From Octopus vulgaris (Eukaryota): DNA of 64,000 bases. The notes under the pieces were generated by a model. That model saw only the letters and a list, made by a program, of their open reading frames with translations. It ran no database searches and had not been told where the DNA came from. The DNA is taken from assembly GCA_951406725.2 (NCBI GenBank), contig OX597815.1, positions 159,650,001 through 159,714,000 of the forward strand. The letters run 5' to 3'. This document shows positions 1 through 13,690 of this stretch, piece after piece (within the stretch, counting starts at the first letter, position 1; the number at the start of each line of letters is the position of its first letter). The position numbers and the translations under genes are program-made.

Positions 1-125
1 AAAATAAGTAATGTTGCGATGGACTGGCGTCCCGTCCAGCTGGGGAACACATACACCATTGAAACCGAGGAACCGGGCCCATGAGCCTGACTAGGCTTTA
101 AAAGGGTGCATTTATTTATTTATGT
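1..125 (+). mobile_element. 3' part of tRNA-derived SINE (family C)
   Basis: gatggactggcgtcccgtccagctgggg...ccgggcccatgagcct...ggcttt matches the 3' half of the copy at 6545-6855; (ttta)n tail. Confidence 0.7.
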
Positions 126-134
126 TTAAGTAAT

Positions 135-345
135 AATTCTCTCTACTCTTGGCACAACATCTGAAATTTTGTGGGACGAGAGTTAGTTGACTACAATGAC
201 CCCAGTTTTCAACTGGTATTTTATTTTATTGACTCCAAAAAGATGAAAAGTGAAGTCAACCTCTGCAGAATTTGAATTCAGAAAATTAAGCCAGAAGAAA
301 TGCTACTGAGTATTTTGACCTGCATGCTAACAATTATACCAGCTT
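135..345 (-). mobile_element. SINE family B (Nin/Deu-domain-like)
   Basis: Reverse complement of the copy at 7483-7700. Other minus-strand copies lie at about 940-1310, 4195-4402, 4855-5000, 34830-35045, 40575-40790, 41415-41617, 62372-62530 and 63815-64000. Confidence 0.7.
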
Positions 346-1889
346 TAAGTAATAGTGGCAAAAACTATTATGTGTTTACTTGTATTTTTACCATTCTTTC
401 CAGTTAACCAAAATATTGTGTGATTAATTACCTAGATGATATTTTATCCAAGTAACCTAACTTTCATATTCCTGTTTGATTTATACAGAATCTAAGAACC
501 TTTGGAAATATGTAGGCAGTTATATTTGTTCTTTGACATGCTGCTCTGGTGCCATATGAATCAATATTTCATTACATGCTTTCATCATGGAATGTGTATG
601 TGTGTGTGTGATAGCATTTTCAGAGAAGAGGAAATGTGAAGGGATTTGCAATGACAAATGTCAAGAATCAGAATAAAGTAAACCAAACATTCTTTTATTC
701 TTTCACTAATCTTAGCATGTAGGCTGTTGTCATCTTGAACCACTTGCCATCAGAAGTGAGGGCTGAACCTAAGTTCATGTTCTTAAACCGGAACTTAAGT
801 CTCACATCTTAGCCCACCCTGCCATCCCGATGTATATGCAGAAACAAATTTGATTTCTTATGATAGAATGAAGTCATAGATTTGGCAAGATGGAAAGCCG
901 GTGTTGTCAGTTTGAGAAATCTTGATATTTCACCATTATTTATTTTCCCCACATTCCAGTAGGATAAAGAAGAATAAAACGGTTGCCTAATGCTTGATTT
1001 GAATTCAGTACAAAAAGGGATAGAACGAGATCACCACAAGACATTTTGTGTGCGACTCTAAAAATTCCAACATTCATCACTTTTATAAAGCAACTGATAA
1101 AAACAATGCACAAGGCCATCAATTTCGAGTGGAGGGATTTGTCAATAACATCAACCTCAGTACACGTTGAGTACTTTATTTTCCCAACCCCAAGAAGGAT
1201 GAGAGTCAAAGTTGACCTCAGCACAATTTGAATTCAGAAGGTAAAGAGTGTGTAGAACTACCATTTAGCATTTTTTTTTACACTCTAATGACTCTGCCAA
1301 TTTGCTACCTTCACAAGTAAAAGTAATAACAATATTTTCTCAGTTCTGTTTCTCTTTGTTTACATTTCATCCTTCTTACATTTTACATTAATATTTTAGC
1401 CATTAATTCATTTGTAATTCGATTGATAGTGTTATTTCTTATTGTAAACATTGAACTGAAGTGGGGCACCCTGCTGTGTTGGACATTGGTATATATAATA
1501 TATAGTAACAACACACTGAGTTCATCTTCCTCTGTTACATTAATTGAATAAAAATGCCATTTTTTTCTGTTTGTTTTCCCCACCTGCTAAACTTTATAAG
1601 TGTATGAGACTTGGAAATTCTTTTATATTTGTAACCAATTATAAAACTCTTCATAAACAAAGGCAAAAAAATTATTTTTCAAACACAGGAAATCAGACTA
1701 TGAATAAACTAAATTATTTTTCCTATATAGATGTCTCTATGGGACTATGTATTGATAAAGTGTATGACACAGGAACCAAATTACATCTCTTGTGTCTCCC
1801 TTGACTCCTGCAGCCCAACACCTCTCTGCTCTCTATCTCTCTCTCTCACGCCACTACCAACTGCATCATTGTTATCCTGTCACTTCCTA

Positions 1890-2799
1890 TAAGGTGGTAT
1901 CAAAAAGTTATGGATTAGTTATGTTTAATAAAAATAACTTACTTAGCTAAGTTTTAACATCATTTCCTTCGAAACAGTCAACTTGCACAGCAATACACTG
2001 GTCCAAGCATTCCTACCACTTTTGGAATGTGGCTTAGAAGTCATTTTCCCTAAATGAGTTGAGGACCTTCTGCAATTCGCTCGGAATCACCACAACAGTG
2101 TTTAAGCAGTGACCTGTGGGCTGCATTTCATCTTGAGGAAGAGTTGGAAGCCTGCAGATGCTAAATCTGTTGAATATAGGGTAGTTGCAGAAGTGATACC
2201 ATGTTGTTTTTGGTGAGAAACTCATAAGTAAGGAGAGCTTGGTGACAGGGCGCATTGTCATCATGAAGAATCCAATTCTTTGCGCTCCACAGATCAAGTC
2301 ACTTTCACCAAATGTTCCCCCTCAAACACTTCAAAATGCCATTGATTGTTCTCCGAGGATCCTCATGCTCAAGCTGATGAATTTACTCCACATCTCTGTG
2401 GGGTGATGCTCATGGCAAGTCTTCCAGATATCTTATTGTCTTCCAGGTATGTTCATCCATTTTTGAAGCATCCGTGTCACTCGAAACATTGTGTATGACC
2501 CATTGCCTTGTCATAGGCTTGCTGAAGCATTCTCAATGTCACTGTAGCAGACTTCCCAATTTTAATGGAAAATTTTATGTCGGCTCTTTGATACAACTTT
2601 TTGTCCATGACAAAGATTGCAGACTACAGCATACATGTAATCACAAAAATACAAATTTCACAACTTGTAAATACAACAATGTCACTGAGCACACTGCTTC
2701 ATGAAGGTCACTGTTAGCTCTCACTGCACGTGCAACCATATGCTGCCATCTGTTGGTGTGCTACAGAACTAGTCTGAGAATGTTTTGTTATCACCTTTT
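1890..2799 (-). mobile_element. Internally deleted mariner/Tc1 element
   Basis: Degenerate terminal inverted repeats (aaggtggtatcaaaaagtt / tgttttgttatcacctt) next to TA. The minus strand carries transposase 5' fragments and is homologous to the copy at 16167-16953. Confidence 0.7.
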
Positions 2800-3059
2800 T
2801 ATACTTGTTTCACCACTCACTGCATTCTCCTTTCTTTCCCACTTTGCTCTCTCGTGAGCCCTATCTAATTCACTCATTTATATTCACCTTCTTGTACTTC
2901 AATGGTAGGCTCTGGTACATCACCATCTCTCCACAGTTGACTGTGGTAACCATGTATCTCCTGTACAGCAAGAGACCTGTTTCTATGCCTCTAACATAGA
3001 TTAACTTCTCATCACCCAACACAAAACCACCTCACTCAATACTACTCTCCATCTCAGTT

Positions 3060-3245
3060 GCGGAATCTGTCTTACAAGTTACTTGGTGACCTCATCAGTG
3101 CTGGTGCCATGGGAAAAGCACTTGGTACCATCTGTAAAGAAAGAGCATCCAAAGAAGACTGTACAGCTTGGCCCAGTCCTCTAGCTTGCCAGCTCCTGTC
3201 AAAACTGTGAAACCCATATCAGCATGGAAGATAGACATTAAATGA
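3060..3245 (+). mobile_element. RTE-3'-tail-like repeat (family D)
   Basis: Ends ...aacccat..cagcatgga..a..gacattaaatga. Many copies ending in (tga)n occur at about 4050-4200, 10030-10185(-), 39608-39735(-), 40940-41287, 41635-42055, 43780-44350(-), 44720-45030(-), 50828-51110, 52050-52268 and 55128-55730. Confidence 0.6.
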
Positions 3246-4405
3246 GGCAATTTCTAATCATTACAAAAGCAAATTTTTGTCATGGTGTGTCATATAACCA
3301 TTTAAGAGTTAAATGTCTTGTAGAGATGAAAAATAGAACAGTTTGGAAAAAAAAATTTTTTTAATAGGTCTAAGTTTAAGCACCTGATTTGAGAAAGGGT
3401 GAGAGATAGCTTGACAATTGTTCTGTAGTGTAATCAATAATCTGGTCGCCTGGCAGCAATAAATACATGGTCCGAGACCCATTAGCACTCCTGTTTCTCT
3501 TTTTTCTGTCTCTTGTTGGAGCTTATGATGCCTAACATCACTTTATGTTAATAACACGTCATAAAAGTTAAAACCAACTTTTAACCATAGAGTACTGTCT
3601 CAATAGCTTCGACTTTAATTCAAGCATTTCTGTTGAAAGCAACAAAAGCCAAGCAAGATGGTGGTTTTGCTGCTGGTGGTGGTGCTGATGGCTGCAGAAA
3701 ATTTTTCTTGTTTTTAAATATTCATCTGGAAAAATTGGTAAAATTTTAGTATTTGATTTTTTTTCCTCTTCCCTATCTAATGAAAAATGTTTAGTATTAA
3801 AATTATTCCACCACTTTCATCATGATTACTATTATCAGTAACAATTTATTATCAGTTGCCGTTATCATTTTCTACTACTACTACTACCACTAGCACCACC
3901 ACCTTCACGATAGTAGTGTATAATAATTTGAAATTAGGACTTTCTTCACCAATGCTGCCACGACAACAATGAAGACAACAATCACAGCCGCCACAATTAT
4001 AACTTCTACCATCACCCACCACCACTACTATTCCTAACACCTCTACACTCGGTACACTCTTAGGAGCTTTAGGATGCGTATCCAGCCATAGAAATAAACC
4101 AAAGTACACTGGATCCTGGTGCAGCTCTCCAGCTTACCAGTTCCAGTCAAACCATCTAACCCATACCAGCATGGAAAACAGATACTAAATGATGATGATT
4201 TCAAATTTTGGCACAGGGCCAGCAATTTTAAGGAAAGGATAAGTCTGTTACATTGACCCCAGTGCATAACTGGTGCTTATTTTATCAACTCCAGAAGGAT
4301 GAATGGTAAAGTTGACCTCGGCAGAATTTAAACTAGAAGGTAAAAGCAGACAAAATTCTACTAAGCATTTTGCCCAGCATGCTAACAATTCTGCCAGCTT
4401 GCTGC

Positions 4406-4436
<31 letters not shown>

Positions 4437-4474
4437 CTTTCAAACTTTTCCCCAAGAGCAGCCATTTTGGAGGC

Positions 4475-4850
4475 TGTGAAGCCAGAAGGCTTCATCAGGC
4501 CCAGTCAAATCTGGCAGTGTTTCTACGGCTGGATGCCCTTCCTAACGCCAACCACTCCGTGAGTGTAGTGGGTGCTTTTTACGTGCCACCCGCACTGGTG
4601 CCAGACAGAGCTGGCAAACGGCCACGAACGGATGGTGCTTTTTATGTGCCACCGGCACGAGGGCCAGGCGAGGCTGGCAACGGTCGCGAAACGGAAAGTT
4701 CTCTTACATGCCACCGGCACTGGTAACACATCTGCAATTTCCATTGATCGATTTCCATTGATCGATTTCGATTCTGATCCTCACTTGCCTCAATGGGTCT
4801 TCACAAGCAGAGTTTCGACATGCCACCGGCACTGGTAGCACATCCGCAAT
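4475..4850 (-). mobile_element. Young family D copy with internal tandem units
   Basis: CpG-rich; internal repeats of (a/c)tgccaccggcac; flanked by a duplicated caagagcagccattttggaggc at about 4453-4474 and 4874-4895. Confidence 0.65.
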
Positions 4851-5012
4851 AATATTGGTTTCAAATTTTTCCACAAGAGCAGCCATTTTGGAGGCGGAGA
4901 TGAATTGATTATATTGACCCAAGTGTTCAACTGGTAGTTATTTTTATCAAACCCAAAAGGATGAAAGGCAAAGTTGATCCTGGCGAAATTTGAACTGAAA
5001 GAAATGCCCATC

Positions 5013-5061
<49 letters not shown>

Positions 5062-5203
5062 TATATGTGTGTGTGTGTGTCTGTGTTTGTTCCCAGTTCA
5101 ATTCCACTGCACTGCACCTTGGGCAAGTGTCGTCTACTATAGCCTCAGGCCGACCAAAGTGTTGTGAGTGGATTTGGTTGATGGAAACTGAAAGAAGCAC
5201 ATC

Positions 5204-5265
<62 letters not shown>

Positions 5266-5664
5266 CTGTGTTTGTTCCCCCCCCCATCTTTGTTCGACAA
5301 CTGATGTTGGTGTGTTTACGTCTATAACTTAGCGATAGAATAAGTACTAGGCTTACAAAGAATAAGTCCTGGGGTCGATTTGTTTGACTAAAAGTGATGC
5401 TCCAGCATGGCTGCAGTCAAATGCTAGAAACAAATAAACGAATAAAAGAATTGGGAACTGTAAAGAAAGATAGACAAATGACTGAAGAAGATTGGCATAG
5501 AATGAACCGGTAGTGTTTCTATAGAAAGTTTGCCTCCTGGGAAAGATTACGGCAGGATTCATGGAAAGAGACCCTGTGAGATCTTTGGCAACAGGATGCT
5601 GTCTGCCTTCACAGAATTAACCAGAGCAAGTAAGATTGAGAGCTCTGAGAAGTAAAGTATCATA

Positions 5665-5883
5665 ATAATCTTTTCTACTCTAGGCACAAGGCCCGAAATT
5701 TTGGGGGAGGGGGCCAGTTGATTAGATCGACCCCAGTATGCAACTGGTACCTAATTTATTGACCCTGAAAGGATGAAAAGTGAAGTTGACCTCAGTGGAA
5801 CTTGAACTCAGAACATAAAGACAAACGAAATACCACTAACCATTTCGCCAGGCATGCTAACGTTTCTGCCAGCTCGCCGCCTT
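5665..5883 (-). mobile_element. Full-length SINE family B
   Basis: Near-complete reverse complement of 7483-7700, with head aaggcggcgagctggcagaaacgttagc. Confidence 0.8.
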
Positions 5884-6544
5884 GTAAAGTATAATAGTAA
5901 TGATAATACCACCACCTCCACTACTAATAACATTACTATCACTCAAGATTCTCAACACCATCACTGCTGTCTTTGCGATCTAAAATTGTTCCTGCTTGAA
6001 CAGGATGCTGTTATATGGTATCACTAAACTTTATGAAAGAGACAAGTGAAATAGTTAATAATTTAGAAATATTGGACTATTATGGTCTTGAGGCATATAG
6101 TAACACATACTTGATATTCAAACTTATTATCACCACTTAGAGAACTTCATAATATTACACAACTCTGCTCCTACACCACTATATAATGTGTCAACAAAGG
6201 AGCCTCTAGACGGTTGTACAACCTGCTAGAAAGAGCAGTCAAATCACATTCAAATCATACCTAATTGTTTAAAACAAAAACGGTGCATTGGATAATCTCT
6301 CTCTCTCCCCCACCCCTCTCTCTCTCTGATTCTGCTGCTTTTGTAAACTCCCATGAGTCTTCTGTTATTATGGATTTGAATTGGGAGCTTGAATCATAGT
6401 GAATCTTTCATTAACGCAGCCATGGACCCTGCTCCAATGGATGCATTGCAGTTACTCTTTTGACAGAACTTGTTGTTCCTGACCATCGACTTTCTAGGAT
6501 TCCTCCACTCAGCATCAATGTAAGAAACACTGTTAGCTCAGTTG

Positions 6545-6872
6545 TGGAGGTGCAATCGCCCAGTGGTTAGGGCAGCGGACTTGCAGTCGGAGGATCACGG
6601 TTTCAATTCCCAGATCGGGCGTTGTGTGTGTTTATTGAACGAAAACACCTAAAGCTCCATGAGGCTCTGGCAGGGGGTGGTGGCAACCCCTGTTGTAGTC
6701 TTTCGCCCCAACTTTCTCTCACTCTTTCTTCCTGTTTCTTCGGTAATGCTGCATTGGACTGTGGTCCCATCCAGCTGGGGGGAACACATACACTATAGAT
6801 ACCAGGAAACCGGGCCCATGAGCCTGGCTAGGCTTGGAAAGGGCGTGTAAATAAATATTCTATATAAAAAAA
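6545..6872 (+). mobile_element. tRNA-derived SINE (family C) with 24-bp TSD
   Basis: A-box-like gcccagtggtta and B-box-like ggtttcaattccc; exact direct repeat taagaaacactgttagctcagttg at 6521-6544 and 6873-6896. Confidence 0.85.
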
Positions 6873-7482
6873 TAAGAAACACTGTTAGCTCAGTTGAGCT
6901 TTTCTGCTATCTCTTCACAATCTGCCTTGCTGCCATCGCCTGTCTTCACCATGTCCCTCGCAGGGTGGCTGAACAGGTACTATGCCTTACCAAAGGGCAA
7001 CCTATAACTATGCAGGGTACGTCTGTCACTCGGTGAAGTATTTCGAAATACCTGCATACCCATGCCTGAATATAAATGGGAGTCACAGCAGGAACATTAT
7101 TCATCTAATCAGAGTTGATCTGTGACTTAACAACAACAACAGCAACACCAACAATTTCTCCGTCACTATACAATATTGTTCTTCGACAAAACAACAACAA
7201 AACAAAGAAACAGGTGAAGCATCATTTATCATATGTCTACATGATGAGGATAATTTGGGCTGAAACAACAGGAATAAGAATGAATTGCTCTCCACTTTAC
7301 AACCTTGCTTTTCTATGATGTGTTTATTTTTAGACAGAAATGGCATGTTCGAGGTTGGAAGGGGTAGTCACGTCTGAAGGGCCATTTGTCCACCATTTGT
7401 CATCATCTTCATCATTTGATATCTGATTTCCATACTGGCATGATGATGATGATGATGGTGATGACAATGTTACTCTGTCCAT

Positions 7483-7700
7483 AAGGTGGTGAGCTGGCAG
7501 AAACGTTAGCACGCCGGGCGAATGCTTAGCGGTATTTCGTCTGTCTTTATGTTCTGAGTTCAAATTCCACTGAGGTCGACTTTTCCTTTCATCCTTTCGG
7601 GGTCGATAAATTAAGTACCAGTTATGTACTCGGGTCGATCTAATTGACTGGCCCCCTGCCCCAAAATTTCGAGCCTTGTGCCTAGAATAGAAAAGAATGA
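7483..7700 (+). mobile_element. Full-length SINE family B (Nin/Deu-like core)
   Basis: tRNA-like head with B-box gagttcaaattcc; core ctttcatcctttcggggtcgataaattaagtaccag resembles the Deu/Nin domain; tail gaaaagaat. Confidence 0.8.
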
Positions 7701-8657
7701 TAGTCTGGCCTCTATTCTTTGCCCTGTCCAGCATAGGCATTCCTATCAGCAGACACACTTCACTGACATGGCTCCCAGGGTCATTGAAGCCCATAAACCG
7801 CCATACTCCAGCAAGGACTGGACCTTGTGGTCGCACAACTGAATTTACCTGTGGCTAAAAATATTAAACATCAAAAAACAACAAAAACCAAAAATAAAAT
7901 AAAGCTACATTACAATATCTTCAGATTATCATACTTCAATATGTTATGTCTACCTGTTCCATAAATCTGTATACAACAACAACAACAACTTACAGTCTAT
8001 AAACTATTGCAAATAAAATAAGTGTAGTAAGTCATAATAATGGAATCGTTAAAGATTATAAAATCAGAATGACAGTGATGGTGCTTTGTAGATTGGGTGG
8101 TGTTGGGCGAATCTATTAAGTCTTGTAAATATTTGCATTCAGTCAAAAATTTTCTAAATTTCATGAGGATATTTACTACTGCACAGCGAGAACGTATCTG
8201 CTATCTCTCTCTCCCTCTTTCTCTCTCTCTCTACACACACATACATACATGCATAAAATATAAATATGATACATATAAGTATTTCATACATCATGACAAC
8301 AAAAATATCATAAATCATAACTATATGATACAATACAAAAATTGCATATGCATAAAAATGTCCTGCATGTGTGTATGTGTGTGTGTGCGTGTTAACGTTT
8401 TTATGTCATTTATACCGCCTATTTTTTTATATTATTTTAAAGCCAGAACGTTTTTCTTATTATCAAACTTGTATTAAATTGAAATCAATCACAAGCCCAG
8501 ACTGTGATCAATAACAAACACTACTGTGATCGATGAAAAACCTCTACACAAAAAACACAAAACAAAAAAAAAAATTAAATAAAATAGGAAAAAAATGTAT
8601 ATGAATTATCAGAAATATATTTTTGCAGTGGAAAATCAATACACACACACACACACA

Positions 8658-8719
<62 letters not shown>

Positions 8720-9662
8720 GTATACACACACACATATACATGTACCTTAGTCTGTTCAATGATCCAAGCACTATAGCTTCAGTTTTCATTCTTCCAACGG
8801 GGGATTTATTGTATTAGTTTGGAATTGGGAGTCATGTTCTTTTGATAGGATTTGTACATTTTCATTAAATAATAATATATCATCATCATCACCACCATTG
8901 TCGTCATCATCATCACTATCACCTCTAATACCACCACCACCACCATCATTACTATCACCACCATTATAATCATCATCATCATCATCAACAAAACCATGAT
9001 AGCCATTATTTTAAAGTCTGTGCTTTATTATTTATTCATCCATTTTTACCTTTTTGCATTTTATTGTATTTTTTCCCCATAATAACATAGGCTGGTTGAA
9101 TCTGCCACAGGAAATCTAACCAAATTTTTTTCAATTTTAATTTAATTTTTTTTGTTTTTCTGTTTTTGTTTTCTCTTCCTCTATGAGGTCCTGTGAGGTT
9201 CAATGTTCTCAGATTTGATTTAACTACCCACTTCCTTTTCTTTAAGTCAATGTTCTACTCCACTGATAAAAGATATTAACCCCCCACCATGACCACCACC
9301 ACCACCACCACCATCATGCCAGCTGCTAGCATTTGCAGAAATTGTACTGGCTGTTCCAGAACAAGTGTTATTGCTATAGTTTATATTTCAAACATCATAT
9401 AATACCACTGGCTTCATAGGAGAGATTGTGGAATGTCAATAAGTTCGATTGTTCAGAAGAATGGGAAATCTAACATTCAGGATGCTTGCTTTTATACTAA
9501 AGTTTTCTGAAAGATTAAGGTGTCGTTAACTTGGCATTTGCCTAATAGCACTGATGGGCAGGAAAGAGCTTGAAACATTAGACTTGCCAATGCTTACTGG
9601 GCTTGAGTATGTTTCTTTGGTTTAATTGTTGCGAACACAATTTAACCAAATATCATTGCCTG

Positions 9663-9730
<68 letters not shown>

Positions 9731-9743
9731 ATTTATCTATCTC

Positions 9744-9813
<70 letters not shown>

Positions 9814-9816
<3 letters not shown>

Positions 9817-9968
9817 AGAGTTTACGAAAAAAACAAAAGACAAAGACAGGTGGTGTACAAAACAAACAGGTGTATTAGTATAATGCTCAGGAATAGAAAA
9901 AGTCTTTTATGTTTCAAGCCTATGCTCTTCTACAGAAAGGGACACAGAAAAAACAAGGAGAGAAACAA
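9814..9968 (-). mobile_element. Short HHR-bearing element (PLE pseudo-LTR remnant) in (TA)n
   Basis: Minus strand 9904-9939 reads cttt-CTGTAGA-a-gagc-atag-gctt-GAAAC-ATA-aaag; flanked by TA runs; downstream sequence is related to 45900-46070 and 49955-50160. Confidence 0.6.
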
Positions 9969-11514
9969 TATATATATATATAAATATTAAATTATAGGAT
10001 ATATAAACACTCACACATATACACACATATCATCATCCTCATCTTTTAACGTCCATCTTCCTTGCTGGCATGGGTTGGATGGTTTGACAAGAGCTGTCTA
10101 GTCCAGTTAGAAGACTGCACCAAGCTACTGTGTCTGTTTTGGTATGGTTTTTACTACTGGATGCCCATCCTAACAACAACCACCCTGTATATATATGTCT
10201 TTTACTTTAGCTCTGGGCTAACCAAAGCCTTGTGAGTGGTGTATATATATATGTTCTTATGTGTATATGTCTATGTGTGTATTTCTTTATGTTTGCATTT
10301 GTCTCCCACCACCACTTGACTATTTGTATTGGTGTACTACATCCCAGTAATTTAATGATTTGGCAAAAACACACTGACTGAATAAGTGACCAAATCTTTG
10401 ATAAATAAGTACTTATCTCACTAAACCTTTCAAAGCATTGCCCCAGCATGGCTGCTGTTAAATGACTGAAACAAGTAAAAGATCTAATGTTTGTATGCAA
10501 ATATGGCTGTTTGGGTAGGGTTAAAATGTTAAAATGTTTGCTTTCCAGGCATATAGTTTTGGGTTCTATCTCACTTTGTGACACTTTGGACAAGTGTTGT
10601 CTTCTGCTGTATTTTTGCATCAGCCAATACTCTGTAAGGGAAATTAAACTGAGAGAAACTTCTTGGAGGCTCATCGTATATGTATATGAGTATGTATGAG
10701 TGTATGCAGGTGTGTGTGAGTGTTTTTGAGTGTTCTCTTGAGTCTTCATTGTGTGAGTGAAAACAGCAACAGTATTTGCATCTCTTGCAAAAAATACATC
10801 ACATTCCTTGGCAGTATCATAAAGACCAGTAGGACTGAAATACCTTACTTGAGAAATAAGTAAAGATGGTATCAGGAAGAGCACAGTTGAATTCTGCCTC
10901 AATAAATCCTGTCTAACCCATGCCAACATGGAAAAAGCAGATGTAAAAATATGGATGATTTTACACACACACACACACACTATACTTTTGCAGTGTCTGT
11001 ATTGGCTTTTACTAGTTGCTACAAAACTTGATGAGAGGTACATAAGATCTAGGACACTTCCCTGTAATATTGGAATTTCCTATAACATTGGAAACACAGA
11101 TATTATAATTTGCATTGAAGGAAAGTGATTTGGAGACTGAAATCTGTAAAAGCAGACTATAATGCAGAAACAGTGCTTCCGGCAGTGAAAATATCTTGAA
11201 AACTATCTAGTTCAGATTCACAGACACTTAAGAGATAACCTTGTTAGACTAGTGGATAAACTTGAGGAGAAGGAGGGAATAAAATCTAACATATGTCTCA
11301 AGGGACAAAAATAAAGAATAAACCACTTCATTGGGAAAGTGTTACATGGATACTTGATATCTAAAACAATCCCCTCTTAGAATTTTTTATATAAAAGATA
11401 ACAGCATCAGTGAACATTAACTCTTTAGCTTTCACATTGTTCTGTCAAATGTAATGCTTATTTATTGATATGTTTTGAATTAACCTTGCATTATCTTATA
11501 GATATGAAATTTTG

Positions 11515-11905
11515 AGAAGCTTGCTTCCCAACCACATGGTTCTGGGTTCAGTCGTTCTGCATGGCAACTTGGGCAAGTGTCTTCTACTATGGCCTCAGGC
11601 TGACCAAAGCCTTGTGAGTGGATTTGGTAGATGAGAACTGAAAGAGGCCCATTATATATGTGTTTGTTTGTGTGTGTGTATTTATGTGTTGTCTTTGTGT
11701 CTGTTTTTGACCCCCACCCTCACCATTGCTTGACAACCGATTTTGTTGAGTTTACATCCCCATACCTTAACAGTTTGGCAAAAGATACCAATAAAATAAG
11801 TACCAAGCTTACAAAGAATAAGTCCTGGGGTTGATTTCTGTGAGTAAAACCCTTTAAGGTGGTGCTCCAGCATGGCTACAATAAAATGACTGAAACAAGT
11901 AACTG
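11515..11905 (+). mobile_element. tRNA-derived SINE family A
   Basis: ccaaccacatggttctgggttcagtc...gactgaaacaagta. Other copies at about 5075-5450, 10205-10680, 12140-12260, 14075-14290, 18318-18695, 18895-19130(-), 19630-19755(-), 28035-28572(-), 33108-33512(-) and 34415-34752(-). Confidence 0.8.
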
Positions 11906-12286
11906 AATAACTGTTAATTTTTAGAATGATATTGTAGGGTAGGTGTGTGAGGCAAAAATCTGGCCAATTTGAACAGATATGGTCAGTTTATATAATAAGC
12001 TATGTAAAATCCAAACTGATGACATTTTCCACCTCATTAGCAACTGTGAAAGAATACTCTCTGAATATTGTTTCTCAACAAGGTATGATGTGGTTGTCGA
12101 TGTAATTTGAATGAATTTAATTTTTTGATATTTAAAAATCATTGTGGTAAAATGCTTGCTTCTCAATCACATGGTTCTGCATCCAGTCCCACCATGTAGC
12201 ATGTTGGGCAAGTGTCTTCTATTAGAGCTTCAGGTCAACCAAAGACTTGCGAGAGGATTTATATCTATATATTGATGATATGTATT

Positions 12287-13522
12287 CTAAGTTGTCCAGA
12301 AAGTTCTGTGTGTTTTAAGTTAAAACACATGAAATGTAACACAGTTAAAACTTTGCTGTTGCTTGAAGTGATAGTACATCTCATCTTTGTTCCTGACTAA
12401 AAATAGACTTCTCTTTCATTGACGTTTGAAATGGATAATCAAAAATTTCATATTTGTGTTGTAATACTTTACTTTTTTAAAAAGGGCAAAAATGCTGCAA
12501 AGGCTTTCAAAAATATTTGTGAAGTTTATGATGCTGATGCTGTTGGTGAATCAACTGTTTAAAGATGGTTTTCAAAATTTAAAGCTGTAGAATTTAGCTT
12601 GGAAGATGATAGTTGCAGTGGAAGTCCTTCAATCTAGGATGAAGATATTCTGAAGGCAAAAATCAAAGAAAATTCAAATATCATGACTAGTGAACTTGCA
12701 GAAGAGTTGGAAGTTTCTAAAAGTATGCTCATGAACACTTAGTGAAACTAGGATACATTTTTTTGCTATAATATATAGGTCTCTCACAAACTCTCACAAA
12801 AGAATTGCTTGGACTGGTATTCCATTTGTGATATGTTTTTGAAATGGAATGAAAGCATGCCCTTTTTTGAAACAACTTGTGACTGGAGATGAAAAATGGA
12901 TTGTGTATGAAAACATAGTTGTGAAAAGATCCTGGAGTTTGAGTAAGGATCTCCCAAAACAGCTACCAAAGATGAATATCCACACCAAAAAAGCTATACT
13001 TTATATTTGGTGGGATCATAAAGGCATTATTTATTATGAGCTTCTCCTACAAAACCAGACCATTAATTCTGATGTGTACTGTCATTAGCTGGCTAATTTG
13101 AACCAAAAGCTCAAAGAATTGAGGCTGTAGATTGCCAACAGGAAAGGGGTAATGTTCCAACAAGACAATGCCTGATTGCTTGTGTATCTGGTTACCCCCA
13201 AAAAGTTACGTGAACTTGGCTGGGATCTCTTCCCCATCCACCACATTCTTCTGATAATGCACCATCTGGCTACCACTTGTTTTTGTCTCTACAGAGAAAA
13301 ATATTTAATGATTTAGATGGAGTCAAAATGCATCTAGATAACTTTTTTTCTTCAAAACCAGTCAAATTTTATGCTGATGGAATATTTAAATTGCCTGATG
13401 GATGAGCGAAGGTCATTAATGATAATGGAAATTATTTCATTTAATAAAATTACTTAAAAGATCAATTATTTATATCCCTTTTTGCATATTGAAAAACACT
13501 CAGAACTTTCATGATATCATAA

Positions 13523-13523
<1 letters not shown>
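12287..13523 (+). mobile_element. Decayed mariner DNA transposon
   Basis: Terminal inverted repeats gaaagttctgtgtgtttt / aaaacactcagaactttc; ~1.24 kb; contains a transposase pseudogene. Confidence 0.9.
12431..13444 (+). pseudogene. Mariner transposase pseudogene
   Basis: MDNQKFHICVVILYFFKKGKNAAKAFKNICEVY..., FLKQLVTGDEKWIVYEN, IWWDHKGIIYYELL, FQQDNA; contains stops and frameshifts. Confidence 0.9.
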
Positions 13524-13565
<42 letters not shown>

Positions 13566-13602
13566 AATAAAATCAAAAACAGAACACAAAGGATGTTGCA
13601 GT

Positions 13603-13690
13603 ACACGTGTTTCAAGCTTTATAAACGACCTATTCTTACATCAGTGTATACTAGATATAAAAGATGGTTTGAAGCTCTCTTCAGACACAT
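13603..13690 (-). ncRNA. Degenerate hammerhead-like motif with long stem II
   Basis: Minus strand: CTGAAGA-gagctt...aagctt-GAAAC-acgt-GTA with palindromic stem III (acacgtgt); stem I pairs poorly. Confidence 0.4.

Noticed and set aside
4790-5327. ORFs rich in IYIY/CVCV/THTH, here and throughout the window
   Set aside because: Translations of (TA)n/(TG)n microsatellites and SINE bodies.
6930-7085. Possible HDV-like ribozyme at an RTE 5' end
   Set aside because: I could not draw the nested double pseudoknot convincingly.
10207-11043. 278-aa minus-strand ORF
   Set aside because: It runs antisense through adjacent SINE fragments and has no domain motifs.
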